A stretch of DNA of 63,460 nucleotides, filler included. It is 5 parts of 5 records of this genome, joined end to end, with 100 filler letters (N's around TTAATTAATTAA, not from the genome) between each part and the next. Parts side by side here need not be neighbours in the genome. Positions count along the whole stretch, not along the records: positions 56,758 to 63,460 come from SRR31156797_10602; 4 more parts are not named here. One strand, given 5' to 3'. The translations under genes were made by a program, and so were the position numbers. The notes beneath the pieces were generated by a model. It saw nothing but the letters and a program-made list of their open reading frames with translations. It made no database searches and was not told the origin of the DNA. Positions within the stretch are counted from its first letter, which is position 1, and each line of letters starts with the position of its first letter. This document shows positions 61,812-63,460 of the stretch, in pieces.

Positions 61812-62648
61812 ATGAAATTAATTAATTTTTGTGCATTAAACTTCCTTTTATGGGGCAGTTTACTAGCAAATGATACAATAGATGATTATGTATTAAGTTT
61901 TGAAAAAAATAGATTTTCAAATAATGATAGAGTAGAGATAAAAGATCTTAGTGTAAACCTAAAAAAACAGATGCCTCAAAAGGGTTGGTATGGTTACATT
62001 ATCGATTTAGATGCTAATTTTGCAGGAAAAAGTGTAAAAGCAAAAGATATTTTATTTTCAAATGGTGAGCTTATAGCTCCTGAATTATTTGATATAAAAA
62101 CTGGAAAATCTTTAAAAGATTTGATGTCTCCGAAACTTACAAATAAGTATTACAATACAAAAAATTTAATAGCTGGAAATGAAAGTGCAAAAAATAAATT
62201 AGTTGTTTTTTCTGATCCTTTATGCCCTTTTTGTATGGATTATATTCCTGATGTAATAAATTATGTGAAAAAGAATAATAAGCAAATAGCTTTATATTAT
62301 TATCACTTTCCTCTATTAAGAGTTCATCCTGCTTCTGATCCTTTGTCAAAGTTAATGATTTTGGCAAATAAAAGAGGGGTAAAGGATGTTGAGTTAAAAG
62401 TTTATACAATAGATTGGGATAAATATTTTGACGCAAAAGAGAAAGACCCTAAAAAAGTATTAGAGGCATTTAATACTGAACTAAATACTGATATTACTTT
62501 TGATGAAATGAACAATGAAGAGATATTAAAAGAGCTTCAAGATGATATTCTAATGGGTGAAGATGTATTAGTTCAAGGTACACCTACAATTTTTGTAAAT
62601 GGTGAACAAGATAAAACAAAATTAAAATATGAAGAATTAGGAATGTAA
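61812..62648 (+). CDS. Periplasmic thioredoxin-fold disulfide oxidoreductase (DsbA/DsbC-like)
   Basis: Signal peptide, FSDPLCPFC (CxxC) and VQGTPT cis-Pro loop. Confidence 0.88.
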   Translation: MKLINFCALNFLLWGSLLANDTIDDYVLSFEKNRFSNNDRVEIKDLSVNLKKQMPQKGWYGYIIDLDANFAGKSVKAKDILFSNGELIAPELFDIKTGKSLKDLMSPKLTNKYYNTKNLIAGNESAKNKLVVFSDPLCPFCMDYIPDVINYVKKNNKQIALYYYHFPLLRVHPASDPLSKLMILANKRGVKDVELKVYTIDWDKYFDAKEKDPKKVLEAFNTELNTDITFDEMNNEEILKELQDDILMGEDVLVQGTPTIFVNGEQDKTKLKYEELGM

Positions 62649-62651
62649 CAA

Positions 62652-63460
62652 ATGGAAAAATTAGTAATAGCGACAAGAAGAAGTAAATTAGCATTATGGC
62701 AAAGTGAATATATAAAAGCAGAGTTAAATAAACACTACCCAGATTTAGAGATTGAGTTACAAGAGTTTTCTACAAAAGCAGACAAAATTCTTGATGTACC
62801 TTTAGCAAAAATTGGTGGGAAAGGGCTTTTTACAAAAGAGTTAGAGATAGCTTTAGCAAATAAAGAAGCACATATTGCAGTTCATAGTTTAAAAGATGTA
62901 CCTGTAACTTTTGAAGAGGGATTCGTTTTAGCAGCAGTTACAAAAAGATTTGACCCAAGAGATGCTTTTTTAAGTGAAAACTATGAGAGCATTGAAGCTT
63001 TACCACAAGGTGCAGTAATTGGGACTACAAGTTTAAGAAGAAGACTTGAGATTAAACTATTAAGACCAGATATTAAACTAAAAGATTTAAGAGGTAATAT
63101 CAATACAAGAATTGCAAAACTAAAAGCTGGTGAGTATGATGCAATTATTTTAGCAGCAACTGGTGTTCAAAAACTACAAATAGAAGATGAAGTAAAATAT
63201 TTCACTCCAATCTCAACTGATACAATGATTCCTTCAATGGGGCAAGCAATATTAGGAATTGAAACTTTAGATAATCCAGAACTAGTTGAGATGTTATCTG
63301 TTTTACATGATAAAAATGCAGAAATTGAAGCAACTATTGAAAGAGATTTTGTAAGAACATTAGAGGGTGGTTGTCAAGTTCCTATAGGAGTAAAAGCTAC
63401 AATCATAGATGAAAACTCTGTAGATGTAAAAGCAATTGTTGGTATGCCAGATGGAAGTGA
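62652..63460 (+). CDS. hemC: Hydroxymethylbilane synthase (porphobilinogen deaminase), runs off the window end
   Basis: Manual translation: IATRRSKLALWQ, GGKGLFTKELE, AVHSLKDVP, GTTSLRR, LRGNINTR and LEGGCQVPIG. Confidence 0.97.
   Translation, partial: MEKLVIATRRSKLALWQSEYIKAELNKHYPDLEIELQEFSTKADKILDVPLAKIGGKGLFTKELEIALANKEAHIAVHSLKDVPVTFEEGFVLAAVTKRFDPRDAFLSENYESIEALPQGAVIGTTSLRRRLEIKLLRPDIKLKDLRGNINTRIAKLKAGEYDAIILAATGVQKLQIEDEVKYFTPISTDTMIPSMGQAILGIETLDNPELVEMLSVLHDKNAEIEATIERDFVRTLEGGCQVPIGVKATIIDENSVDVKAIVGMPDGS

Overview
The window is not one locus. It is five unrelated contigs joined by artificial 100-nt spacers (44 N + TTAATTAATTAA + 44 N). Contigs 1 (1-10236), 2 (10337-19833) and 5 (56758-63460) are AT-rich Campylobacterota, most like Arcobacteraceae. 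They carry housekeeping and envelope genes: leuS-lptE-folC-M23-bactofilin-helicase-M23-lpxC-tsaB-like-thrB-ylxR-infB; an MCP end, LOG, MMPL-MlaC-MlaA, yebC and acnB; and metIQ, a UDG-like gene, murI, dnaX, a Dsb-like gene and hemC. Contig 3 (19934-50665) is Vibrio-like: the start of a retention-module adhesin, a T1SS TolC, btuCD, astE, cobTSU, sbcB, cdd, purT, relV, ihfA, pheST, a hemerythrin-GGDEF gene and a tRNA-Gly fragment. Contig 4 (50766-56657), from an unidentified probable anaerobe, has a BamHI/OkrAI-like restriction-modification system with a controller protein, next to a sigma54-driven receiver-NuoE/HydC-NuoF/HydB operon. The most notable unannotated signals are: a candidate ~70-nt sigma54-dependent small RNA with NtrC-like and IHF-like sites behind btuD; a folC with no canonical start codon, apparently starting at ATA; a -1 frameshift-like cassette near the 3' end of dnaX; a tRNA-Gly whose T-arm is interrupted by 21 foreign nt; a signal-peptide-like N-terminus on RelV; and a 31-aa membrane microprotein. 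All assignments come from motif recognition by eye; no database searches were run.
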